A stretch of 64,000 nt of DNA from an uncultured Alphaproteobacteria bacterium. Lineage in GTDB: Bacteria; Pseudomonadota; Alphaproteobacteria; Rhizobiales; Rhodomicrobiaceae. The position numbers and the translations under genes are program-made. Position 1 is the first letter of the stretch; each line of letters begins with the position of its first letter. The notes below the pieces were generated by a model. The model ran no database searches. It had not been told where the DNA came from and saw nothing but the letters and a program-made list of their open reading frames with translations. Location: contig CAVYEY010000029.1 of the NCBI GenBank assembly GCA_963767435.1, positions 3,857 through 67,856 on the forward strand. Reading direction: 5' to 3'. Positions 42,101 to 50,106 of the stretch are shown here, piece after piece.

Positions 42101-44159
42101 CACAATCGACCCGTGGAAGTGCAGCGGCTGCCTTGAGTGCATCGAGGTTTGTGGTCCGGGTTCGCTTGTCGAGCGCGAGCAGACGCCGGAACTCCTGGAC
42201 GCCATGCAAGCGGGCTTCGAGTTCCTGAACAAGGCACCCGGAACGCCCGCGAGCTTCTACGAGGGGGCGACAGGCGAAGGCGGCAAGACCGCGCGCCTGA
42301 TGCTCGATCCCGATAACTACTACTGCGTGACCGGCGGCCACGGCGCTTGCCGCGGCTGCGGCGAAGTAACCGCCATCCGCATGGTGCTGGCGGCCAACCG
42401 CGCCATTCACAGCGAGCGCAACAAGGAGCACACCGCCGAGCTTGAAGGCCTTATCGGGCGCTTGAATGCCAAGCGCGGCGAAGTCACCGATGCAGCCCGC
42501 GGGGCGCGCATTGCCAAGACGGTGGAAATGCTTGAACGCCGGCTGTACGAGCTGGAAAGCGGCCCCACCGGCAAAGGCTCCTCCACTGCCGTGATCGCGA
42601 ACTCGACCGGGTGTTCGAGCGTGTACGCCTCGACCTTCCCGTTCAACCCCTACACCGTTCCGTGGGTGAACAGCCTGTTCCAAGACGCCCAGCCGCTGGC
42701 CAAGGGTATCTTCGAGGGACTGAGCGCGACCGCGGAGGAAGAATTCGGCGCCATCCGCACCGCCAAGCTCGAACTGGAGGATGCGTATAAGCCCGAGGAA
42801 CACGACAAGTTCTTCCGCTACTTCAACTGGACGCAGTTCACGGGCGATGAACTGGCGCTTCTGCCCACCGTGTTCACCATCGGCGGCGACGGCGCGACCT
42901 ACGACATCGGCTTCGGCGCGCTCTCGCGCCTGCTGGCTTCCAATACGCCGGTCAAGGTGGTCGTGCTCAACACCGGCGCGTACTCGAACACCGGCGGCCA
43001 GGCGTCCACCGCGAGCCTTACCTCGCAGGACTTCGACCTGTCTCGCGTGGGCAGCATCCATCCCGGCAAGGAAGAAGACCGCAAGGAGCTTGGCCTTATC
43101 GCCTCGTTCCATCCGAATGTGTTCGTGGCGCAGTGCAATACCGCGGTGCAGGGCACGTTCTTCAACACGCTGCTTGAGTTCCTGAACTACAATGACGGCC
43201 CGGCGGTGCTCGACGTGTACACGCCCTGCCAGCCTGAGCACGGCATCAGCGACAACAGCAGCCGCCGTCAAGGCAAGGCCGCCTGCGACAGCCGCATGAG
43301 CCCGACCTTCCTGCGCGACCCGCGCCAGGGTGAATTCCTGGCGCTGGATGGCAACCCGTCCAAGGACAAGGACTGGACGAACGTCACCATCAACTACGTT
43401 GGCGAGGACGGGTCCAAGCAGCGCGTGCAGGTTCCGTTCACGCCGGCCGACTTCGCACTCAGCGAGGGCCGCTTCAAGAAGCACTTCAAGAAGCTTGCCG
43501 AGGGTGCAAACAACGGCGTGCCGATGCACGAGTATCTTGAACTGAGCCCCGCCGCGCGCGAGGGTAAGACGCCCTACGTCTTGACCACCGATGCGAACGA
43601 TAAGCTCGTCAAGATGGCCGTAGCCCCGGCGATGGTTCACCTGGCGGAGGAGCGGCGGCGGAACTGGCGCATGCTGCAATTCCTGTCCGGCCAGCAGATC
43701 GAGGCCATGGACGCGAGCCACAAGGCCGATATGGAAGCGATGCAGGCCAAGCTTGCCGAGGCGGCCGGGCAGCGCGAAGCCTCCCTCGACTCCATCGCCC
43801 AGGCGATGGCGGAGCTGGCGGCGTCTTCCGGCGCGCCGGTTTCGGCGGGCTTCGGCGGAGCGGCGGCGTTCGCCTCGAACGGCGCAGGTGCCGCTCCCGC
43901 AAAGGGTGCTGCGGCAGCCAATGGCTCCAAGCCGCTGGTCACCTTCGCGGAGGATCGCATCGGCGACTGCACGAACTGCAAGACCTGCTATCAGGAGTTG
44001 AGCGAACTGTTCGAGAAGACCTCCATCGTCGTGGACGGTGCCTCGAAAGATGTCGGCCACCTAATCCCCGGCATTCTCGGACGCATCACCATCACGGATG
44101 ACCTGCGCAAGCGCGTGGCCCGCGTTTCCGCCAACTGCGAGGCGGAGATCATTCAATGA
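39189..44159 (+). CDS. Pyruvate:ferredoxin/flavodoxin oxidoreductase (single-chain NifJ/PFOR type, long form)
   Basis: GYPITPS, GGYGTV...KYGSEKSG, two CxxCxxCxxxC ferredoxin motifs, GACRGCGE, TGCSSVY, TPP motif GGDGATYDIG...N, and an extra C-terminal CxxCxxC...C segment. Confidence 0.92.
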   Translation: MSAKYPGIPSVINGNGAVAHVMSHVCGGVIGYPITPSTEISEIYEAFRAAGGCNAWGKHPFFFEPEGEHSAQSGALGAALTGGKFISNASSSQGILYGLESHYVTVGKRVGGFVLQIAARVVSKHSLNVMAGHDDVYALLQSGYTILFGSNPQEAADLAAISYRASALSLIPVANAMDGFATSHMMSEAAMPEPELLREYLGDPAGRIKAPTVAQEILFGAKGRVFQLEQYLAKNHREITDAKVAAVKAHLEANADAVEQDNAGALVAATLAWIPEKLQGQWRRQWLNAYEKGTRQLVPALVDINNPGLTGGVQNQPDFQAGSADHRTHFVADVPRLVRQAMAEYSALSGREYKPVHTYMCDDAEHVMVGLGSVTEDAEAAAAYLRKQGKKVGVVSIKLLQPFPEAELVAALAGKKSVTVLERSDVTALASFVTQALYKGVENASGERHPGIPAITSLPKMTTAIFGLGAHDLQPRHLIAAFKNMEQGNAPFVYLGSQFFAKDPGPKLAALQDRLKAAYPETKLMALETEANPNLLPASAFRIRFHSVGGYGTVATGKLLTDILSGVLNLNSKASPKYGSEKSGAPTNYYITLSPEPIKLTNAELEDVEIVISPDHKVFSHANPLKGLAEGGTFMLQSSLPPLEAWRSLPANARKTIRDKHVNFFVIDAFAVAKKHAPTEDLQVRMMGIAFIGAVSGHVERVSAGTDKDAMLEKIRQQIAKKFGAKGGEIVQGNMAVIRDGLEAVQKVNYSDPAFVAAEAEADAKAAKRSIALSAAVAGVGNMAASSRIFDQEYYDETVASHFRDGTIGEAPILPGAGYFMPGGSAAWKDKGLFRRTVPEFLPDLCGGCLDCAVVCPDAAIPNTIHTIPDLLETGLKMLDLPVARIDAVRAAIPAIDAAVRDAYKKVKKGAKTFHLQVAEVAPGVAGGNAELAADLAKLADAVSVFPVSKTKPFFDNAEKAKAGSGAMYAVTIDPWKCSGCLECIEVCGPGSLVEREQTPELLDAMQAGFEFLNKAPGTPASFYEGATGEGGKTARLMLDPDNYYCVTGGHGACRGCGEVTAIRMVLAANRAIHSERNKEHTAELEGLIGRLNAKRGEVTDAARGARIAKTVEMLERRLYELESGPTGKGSSTAVIANSTGCSSVYASTFPFNPYTVPWVNSLFQDAQPLAKGIFEGLSATAEEEFGAIRTAKLELEDAYKPEEHDKFFRYFNWTQFTGDELALLPTVFTIGGDGATYDIGFGALSRLLASNTPVKVVVLNTGAYSNTGGQASTASLTSQDFDLSRVGSIHPGKEEDRKELGLIASFHPNVFVAQCNTAVQGTFFNTLLEFLNYNDGPAVLDVYTPCQPEHGISDNSSRRQGKAACDSRMSPTFLRDPRQGEFLALDGNPSKDKDWTNVTINYVGEDGSKQRVQVPFTPADFALSEGRFKKHFKKLAEGANNGVPMHEYLELSPAAREGKTPYVLTTDANDKLVKMAVAPAMVHLAEERRRNWRMLQFLSGQQIEAMDASHKADMEAMQAKLAEAAGQREASLDSIAQAMAELAASSGAPVSAGFGGAAAFASNGAGAAPAKGAAAANGSKPLVTFAEDRIGDCTNCKTCYQELSELFEKTSIVVDGASKDVGHLIPGILGRITITDDLRKRVARVSANCEAEIIQ

Positions 44160-46891
44160 ACGATATGACCGTCAACTCGATCGAGGTCCAGCTCGGCTAC
44201 CTCAAGAAGCGCATGCAAAGCGATCCCGCGGCCTTCCGTCAGATGTTCCTGACGGACGGCATGGGAGCTGCGGCGTGGGAATTCCAGCAGGACGAGCTGG
44301 GCGCGGAGTTCACCAAAACGCTCTGGGACATCATGGCCCGGGGCGGCGAGGCGGGCACGCTGTTCCAGCGCTTCGTCTGGGCGCTGACGCTCAAGGAGAA
44401 GCGCAAGTTCATCCGCGCCATCGACAAGCACCTGCCGGATCGCTACCCGATGTTCAAGGGGCTGTCCGATGGCTGGCCGGGCGAAAGCGGCATCCCGCCT
44501 TACATCCGCTCGCCCGAGGAGCGCTCGACCGACTTCGAACTGGTGAATACAGGCTATCTCGGCTACATGGCGCTCGGCTATACGCAGCGCGAGGTCGAGC
44601 TGTTCGTGTGGCTTGAGGTGTTGCGCGACAAGCAGTGCTCCGACAAGCCTTGCGAGCTTGGCGTGCTGCTTCAGGGCAAGAAGGAGCCTAAGGGCGGCTG
44701 CCCGGTTACGATCCACATCCCCGAGATGCTGAATCTGCTTGGGCAGGGCAAGTACCGGCAGGCGCTGGAGCTGATCGAGGGCTGCAATCCGCTGCCCGAC
44801 GTCACCGGCCGCGTCTGCCCGCAGGAGCTGCAGTGCCAGGGCGTGTGCACGCTCACCAAGCGGCCCATCGAAATCGGCCAGCTTGAGTGGTACCTGCCGC
44901 AGCGCGAGAAGCTTGTGGGGCCGAGCCCCGAAGTGCGGTTCGCGGGCGTCGTGAATCCCTGGACCGCCGCCGCCAAACCGCCAATCGCGGTAGTTGGCTC
45001 CGGCCCGTCCGGCCTGATCAACGCCTATCTGCTGGCGGTTGAAGGCTACCCCGTCACCGTGTTCGAGGCATTCCATGACCTGGGCGGCGTGCTGCGCTAC
45101 GGCATCCCCGAGTTCCGCCTGCCGAATGCGCTGATCGACGACGTGGTGCAGAAGATCGAGCTGCTCGGCGGCAAGTTCGTGAAGAACTTCGTGGTCGGAA
45201 AAACGGCGACGCTCGAAGACCTCAAGGCCGCGGGCTTCTGGAAGATCTTCGTAGGCACGGGCGCAGGCCTCCCAACCTTCATGAACGTGCCGGGCGAACA
45301 TCTGCTTGGCATCATGTCGGCGAACGAGTTCCTGACCCGCGTCAACCTGATGCAGGCGAACCACGAGGATCGCGAGACACCCCTGCCCGAAGTCAAGGGC
45401 AAGGAAGTGTTCGTCATCGGTGGCGGCAACACGGCGATGGACGCGGCCCGCACGTCGCGGCGGCTTGGCGCCAACGTGACCATCGTCTACCGGCGCACGC
45501 AGTCGGAGATGCCGGCCCGCGTCGAGGAACTGCACCACGCGCTTGAGGAAGGCATCAATCTCAAGCCGTTGCGTGCGCCAATCGAGTTCATCGGCGACGA
45601 CACCCACTTCGTCAGGCAGGCGCTGCTCTCGGTCAACGAACTCGGCCAGCCCGACAAGTCGGGACGGCGCAGCCCCGTCGCGACGGGCGAGACCGAGCGC
45701 ATGCCGGTGGACCTCGTCATCATGGCGCTGGGCAACACGGCAAACCCGATCATGAAGGATGCCGAGCCCACGCTCAAGGTGTCCAAGTGGGGCACCATCG
45801 AGCTTCCCGAAGGCTCGAAGCAAACCTCCATCGCCGATGTCTACTCGGGCGGCGACGCGGCCCGTGGTGGCTCGACAGCGATCAGGGCGGCGGGCGACGG
45901 GCAGGCGGCCGCGCGCGAAATCGCGGGCAAGATCCCATTCTCGGCGCCGGAAATTAAGGAGCGGGTCGCCAAAGCGGCGCGCTACACCGAGCTTGGCCAG
46001 ACCAAGCCCGTCATCGTCAAGAAGACCGTGCTTGCCGGCGGCATCGTCGAGTTCGACGTACGCGCGCCCGTAATTGCAAAGTCGGCCAGGGCCGGCCAGT
46101 TCGTCCGCGTGCTCGCATGGGACAAGGGCGAACTGATCCCGCTGACGCTCGCCGACTGGGACGCGGAAGCCGGCACCATCAACCTCGTCATCCAGGGCGT
46201 GGGCGCTTCCTCGATCCTGATGAACAAGATGGAGGCTGGAGAAACCTTCGCCGGCATCGCAGGCCCCCTCGGCCAGCCAAGCGACTTGCACAAATATGCT
46301 TCCAACCAGACCGTGGTCTTCACCGCGGGCGGCGTCGGCCTGCCCCCGGTCTACCCGATTGCACGCGAACACCTGCGGCTGGGCAACCACGTCACGCTGA
46401 TCTCGGGCTTCCGCTCCAAGGAGTTGCTGTTCTGGACCGCCGGGAACGAACGCGTCGGCAAGCTTCAGGCCGAATTCGGCGATCTGCTCGACGTGGTCTA
46501 CACCACGAACGACGGCACCTTCGGCACGCCGGGCTTTGTCACCGGGCCGCTTGAGGCGATGCTGAAGGACGGCAAGCGGAACAAGGGCCGCGACATCGCC
46601 GAGGTGGTCACTATCGGGCCGGCGTTGATGATGCGGGCTGTCAGCGACCTCACCAAGCCCTATGGCGTGAAGACCGTGGCGAGCCTCAACTCGATCATGG
46701 TGGACGCGACGGGCATGTGCGGCGCGTGCATGGTGCCGGTGGCAATCGACGGCAAGCTGGTGCGCAAGCACGCCTGCATCGATGGCCCGGAAATCGACGC
46801 GCATATGATCGACTGGGCGAAGTTCCTGCCGCGGTTCAATACGTTCCGGGCGCAGGAGCAGGAGAGCCGGAAGGCGCACGGGCTGGTTTAG
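44156..46891 (+). CDS. Fused NfnB/SudA (GltD-like) and NfnA/SudB (PyrK-like) ferredoxin:NAD(P)+ oxidoreductase
   Basis: GRVCPQELQCQGVC, VGSGPSG, IGGGNTAMDAAR, then RAGQFV..ELIPLT, AGGVGLPP and the Asp-ligated 2Fe-2S motif MVDATGMCGAC...CIDGP; ATGA overlap with PFOR. Confidence 0.88.
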   Translation: MNDMTVNSIEVQLGYLKKRMQSDPAAFRQMFLTDGMGAAAWEFQQDELGAEFTKTLWDIMARGGEAGTLFQRFVWALTLKEKRKFIRAIDKHLPDRYPMFKGLSDGWPGESGIPPYIRSPEERSTDFELVNTGYLGYMALGYTQREVELFVWLEVLRDKQCSDKPCELGVLLQGKKEPKGGCPVTIHIPEMLNLLGQGKYRQALELIEGCNPLPDVTGRVCPQELQCQGVCTLTKRPIEIGQLEWYLPQREKLVGPSPEVRFAGVVNPWTAAAKPPIAVVGSGPSGLINAYLLAVEGYPVTVFEAFHDLGGVLRYGIPEFRLPNALIDDVVQKIELLGGKFVKNFVVGKTATLEDLKAAGFWKIFVGTGAGLPTFMNVPGEHLLGIMSANEFLTRVNLMQANHEDRETPLPEVKGKEVFVIGGGNTAMDAARTSRRLGANVTIVYRRTQSEMPARVEELHHALEEGINLKPLRAPIEFIGDDTHFVRQALLSVNELGQPDKSGRRSPVATGETERMPVDLVIMALGNTANPIMKDAEPTLKVSKWGTIELPEGSKQTSIADVYSGGDAARGGSTAIRAAGDGQAAAREIAGKIPFSAPEIKERVAKAARYTELGQTKPVIVKKTVLAGGIVEFDVRAPVIAKSARAGQFVRVLAWDKGELIPLTLADWDAEAGTINLVIQGVGASSILMNKMEAGETFAGIAGPLGQPSDLHKYASNQTVVFTAGGVGLPPVYPIAREHLRLGNHVTLISGFRSKELLFWTAGNERVGKLQAEFGDLLDVVYTTNDGTFGTPGFVTGPLEAMLKDGKRNKGRDIAEVVTIGPALMMRAVSDLTKPYGVKTVASLNSIMVDATGMCGACMVPVAIDGKLVRKHACIDGPEIDAHMIDWAKFLPRFNTFRAQEQESRKAHGLV

Positions 46892-46919
46892 AACGTCTTC
46901 TCAACACGCACGGACTAAA

Positions 46920-46968
46920 CCCTCTCCCCTTGCGGGAGAGGGTGGCCGCGAAGCGGCCGGGTGAGGGG
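46920..46968. repeat. REP/RIME-like palindromic element
   Basis: CCCTCTCCC-CTTGC-GGGAGAGGG...GGGTGAGGGG, the common alphaproteobacterial REP pattern. Confidence 0.75.
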
Positions 46969-47023
46969 TGATCACATACGCCGGTCATGGCACCGGAGCC
47001 GTCAGCACTTTCGACGTTTGCTA

Positions 47024-47305
47024 TCAGATGCCAAGCTCGCTGTGCGATCCGATGCGCACGAGTTGCAACACCTCGTCATCCGGCTTCCGGTAGATCAACA
47101 CAAGATCGGGCCTGATGTGACAATCCCGATGATCTTTCCAGCAGCCGGTCAGCGCATGGTCGCGACACCGGGGCTCCAGCGGCCGGTCGCTGACCAGCGC
47201 ATCCAAAACAGGCTTCAAGCCGGCATCGAGCGTTGCGCGATGCGGTCCCTTAGCCTCGCGCTTGTAGTCGCGTCTGAATTGGCCGGTTGGCTCAATCCTC
47301 CGCAT
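47024..47305 (-). CDS. yafQ: YafQ-family (RelE-like) mRNA interferase toxin
   Basis: FRRDYKR, RDHALTG.WKDHRDCHIRPDLVLIY and LVRIGSHSEL motifs. Confidence 0.92.
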   Translation of the reverse strand: MRRIEPTGQFRRDYKREAKGPHRATLDAGLKPVLDALVSDRPLEPRCRDHALTGCWKDHRDCHIRPDLVLIYRKPDDEVLQLVRIGSHSELGI

Positions 47306-47555
47306 GCAAGCTTGCCATCAGCGCCTCAACGCTATCGAAGCTTTCGAGGTTGCCAGCGCGGGCCTCGCGCATGGCTGCGATGGTTTCTTCGTTCGGCACC
47401 AGCGGCTCGAATGGCAGCGCCTTTTCGCGGGCGACGCGGGTGAGCAGAATGCGGAAGGCGTCCGACACCGTGAGGCCCATCGCCGCCAGCACAACCGACG
47501 CCTCTTCCTTGATGCGCGCATCGATGCGGGCGCGAACGACAGCATTTCCGGACAT
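47292..47555 (-). CDS. dinJ: RelB/DinJ family antitoxin
   Basis: VVRARID..IKEEA..VL..MGLTVSDAFRILL...LPFEPLVPNEETIAAM. Confidence 0.92.
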   Translation of the reverse strand: MSGNAVVRARIDARIKEEASVVLAAMGLTVSDAFRILLTRVAREKALPFEPLVPNEETIAAMREARAGNLESFDSVEALMASLHAED

Positions 47556-47572
47556 GGCGGTACTCCCTGGGT

Positions 47573-47593
47573 TTGAGCCACATTGTAGCCCAA
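47573..47593 (-). promoter_or_regulatory. dinJ-yafQ operator palindrome overlapping the -10 element
   Basis: TTGGGCTACAATGTGGCTCAA is an imperfect palindrome containing TACAAT. Confidence 0.55.
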
Positions 47594-47770
47594 GCGGGGG
47601 AGCCCATCAAGTCTGACGGGGTCTCAGCGTTGACCGGTCCAGACTTCAGAAGGCGGCTGAATTCTTGCCGCACCAAGGATAAACCACTGCAGCCATTTTT
47701 AGGCGGCGACTCGAAGTTTCGGCGCTCATCGTATGATTTTTGCTGAAAAAGTGCATACGTATACACTTTT

Positions 47771-47841
47771 CTAGTTTGCATCCACAAACAGCGGAGCGGG
47801 TAAAAAGCCAGGAAAAACCGCCGCTTGTGGATGCAAACTAG
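47771..47841. mobile_element. 71-bp CTAG-bounded miniature inverted-repeat element
   Basis: Perfect 17-bp terminal inverted repeats CTAGTTTGCATCCACAA / TTGTGGATGCAAACTAG. Confidence 0.65.
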
Positions 47842-48136
47842 CTAGCTGGACCAGCGCGTGTAATGCGATGCGGGGTGCGTCAGGCTGTGGCAGGGATAAT
47901 AAGGCGGAAGCGGCCAGCTATCCCGGCTCCGAGGTTTGAGCCTGGAAATGCCTGGGCCGGGGACCTCCAACGCAATTTTGACAATCGCGCAAGCCCTGCC
48001 GGGCGGCGGGGTGTATTGGTTCTATACGCCACGCGTATTCAATGTATAGCTATAATACACATATTATTAATAATAACCATCTGGAGATAAGTGAGACAAC
48101 CACGCTGTAGTAAAAGTCTCGCAACCACGTAAGTTA

Positions 48137-48157
48137 CTGTTATTGCCAGTATAACAG
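48137..48157. promoter_or_regulatory. Palindromic operator upstream of the mmoX promoter
   Basis: Perfect inverted repeat CTGTTAT-N7-ATAACAG about 40 bp upstream of the -24 element. Confidence 0.4.
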
Positions 48158-48194
48158 ACGCACGCGCCACTTTGGCGTTGTCTACCCCGGCAGT

Positions 48195-48210
48195 TGGCAT
48201 GAAACCTGCT
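48195..48210 (+). promoter_or_regulatory. sigma54 (-24/-12) promoter of the mmo operon
   Basis: TGGCAT-GAAAC-CTGCT has the exact GG/GC spacing, 110 bp before mmoX; characterised mmo operons are sigma54-dependent. Confidence 0.8.
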
Positions 48211-48319
48211 CTTTACATTCTACTAAGCGCCGTCCAGAGAAAATTAAGCGCACGCAGGACTCGAGCGCACCCCCGTGGCGGCATAGGCGTGAATACCGCA
48301 AATGTAGGAGGAAATTCTT

Positions 48320-49894
48320 ATGCCCTTGAGTTCCGCAACCAAAGCGGCAACTGACGCCCACAAAGCGAACCGGGCGCCAACCAGCGTGAGTCCCCAGGAG
48401 GTTCACCGTTGGATGCAGAGCTTCAACTGGGACTTCGCTAACAACCGCACGAAATATCCCACCAAATACAAGATGGCGTTCGATACCAAGGAGCAGTTCA
48501 AGCTCATCGCCAAGGAATACGCTCGCATGGAAGCCGTGAAGGACGAACGCCAATTCGGTACGCTCCTTGACGGCATGACGCGTCTGGGCGCCGGCAACCG
48601 CATGCACCCCAGATGGGGCGAGACCATGAAGGTTGCGTCCAACTTCCTTGAAGTGGGTGAGTATAATGCCATCTCCGGTTCGGCCATGCTGTGGGATTCA
48701 GCGACCGCCGCCGAACAGAAGAACGGCTATCTCGCCCAGGTGCTGGACGAAATCCGCCACACCCATCAGTGCGGTTTCGTGAACTACTACTACTCCAAGC
48801 ACTATCACGACCCCGCCGGCCATAACGACGCGCGCCGCACGCGTACCATAGGCCCAATGTGGAAGGGCATGAAGCGCGTGTTCGCTGACGGCTTTATCTC
48901 AGGCGACGCGGTGGAATGCTCGATCAATCTGCAGCTCGTGGGTGAAGCGTGCTTCACCAATCCGCTGATCGTAGCCATTACCGAATGGGCTTCGGCCAAC
49001 GGCGACGAAATCACGCCTACGGTGTTCCTCTCTATCGAAACCGACGAACTGCGCCACATGGCAAACGGTTATCAGACCATTGTGTCGATCGCCAATGACC
49101 CGGCGTCGCAGAAGTACCTGAATTCCGACCTTAACAACGCCTTCTGGACGCAGCAGAAATACTTCACGCCGGTGCTTGGCTGGGCATTCGAATACGGCTC
49201 GAAGTTCAAGGTCGAACCGTGGGTCAAGACCTGGAACCGTTGGGTGTACGAGGACTGGGGCGGTATCTGGATCGGCCGTCTGTCCAAGTACGGCGTGAAG
49301 TCGCCGCCGTCCTTGCGCGACGCCAAGAAAGACGCCTACTGGGCGCATCACGACTTGGCACTGCTGGCCTACGCGTTCTGGCCGCTAGGCTTCTTCCGGG
49401 TGTCACTGCCGGACGAGGAAGACATGGCCTGGTTCGAAGCCAACTATCCGGGTTGGGATGCCCATTACGGCAAGATCTACCGCGAATGGAAGAAACTCGG
49501 CTGCGAAGATCCGAAGAGTGGCTTCGTCCCGCTGACTTGGCTTGCCCAGAATGGCCACAAAGTCTACGTCGACCGCGTGTCGCAAGTCCCGTTCTGCCCG
49601 TCGCTCGCCAAAGGCGCCAGCACGCTGCGCATCCACGAGTTCAACGGCAAGAAGCATTCGTTCAGCGACGATTGGGGCGAGCGCATGTGGCTCACTGAGC
49701 CGGAACGCTACGAGTGCCAGAACGTGTTCGAGCAGTATTCGGGCCGCGAGCTTTCGGAAATCGTCGTTGAAGGTCATGGCGTCCGGGCGGACGGCAAGAC
49801 AATGATCGCACAACCGCATGTCCGCGGCGAAAATCTGTGGACGGTCGCCGATCTGAAGCAGGCGGGGATCGTGTGCGGTGACCCGCTGGCCTAG
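48320..49894 (+). CDS. mmoX: Soluble methane monooxygenase hydroxylase alpha subunit
   Basis: Colinear with methanotroph MmoX: SNFLEVGEYNA (L110/E114), DEIRHTHQC (E144/H147/C151), RVFADGF (F188), GEACFTN (E209/T213/N214), TDELRH (E243/H246); AGGAGG RBS. Confidence 0.98.
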   Translation: MPLSSATKAATDAHKANRAPTSVSPQEVHRWMQSFNWDFANNRTKYPTKYKMAFDTKEQFKLIAKEYARMEAVKDERQFGTLLDGMTRLGAGNRMHPRWGETMKVASNFLEVGEYNAISGSAMLWDSATAAEQKNGYLAQVLDEIRHTHQCGFVNYYYSKHYHDPAGHNDARRTRTIGPMWKGMKRVFADGFISGDAVECSINLQLVGEACFTNPLIVAITEWASANGDEITPTVFLSIETDELRHMANGYQTIVSIANDPASQKYLNSDLNNAFWTQQKYFTPVLGWAFEYGSKFKVEPWVKTWNRWVYEDWGGIWIGRLSKYGVKSPPSLRDAKKDAYWAHHDLALLAYAFWPLGFFRVSLPDEEDMAWFEANYPGWDAHYGKIYREWKKLGCEDPKSGFVPLTWLAQNGHKVYVDRVSQVPFCPSLAKGASTLRIHEFNGKKHSFSDDWGERMWLTEPERYECQNVFEQYSGRELSEIVVEGHGVRADGKTMIAQPHVRGENLWTVADLKQAGIVCGDPLA

Positions 49895-49909
49895 CCGGCC
49901 ACGGCAGGA

Positions 49910-49936
49910 GGAGCGCCTTGCGGCATAGGGCGCTCC
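49910..49936 (+). other. mmoX-mmoY intergenic stem-loop
   Basis: GGAGCGCC...GGCGCTCC stem immediately after the mmoX stop codon. Confidence 0.45.
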
Positions 49937-50106
49937 GTCACCCCTCGCCGTAGCGGGCGGCCAAGCTGAGCTGGGCGAAGGGGCTTCTTATAACAAATGG
50001 CGGCGGAGCTTCCGCTTAGCCCAACGGTAGCAGGCGCCACAAGGGACGTCAGCCGCGTCTCCGGCGAGCACTAAAGCAGAAGAAACATTTGAGGAGGAGT
50101 TACGCC

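Noticed and set aside
44156-46891. Glutamate synthase small subunit gltD
   Set aside because: No gltB nearby and the protein is fused to an NfnA/PyrK-like module.
48320-49894. Propane, butane or aromatic monooxygenase instead of sMMO
   Set aside because: The sequence is colinear with methanotroph MmoX throughout, and methanotroph-type mmoB, mmoZ, mmoD and mmoC are present.
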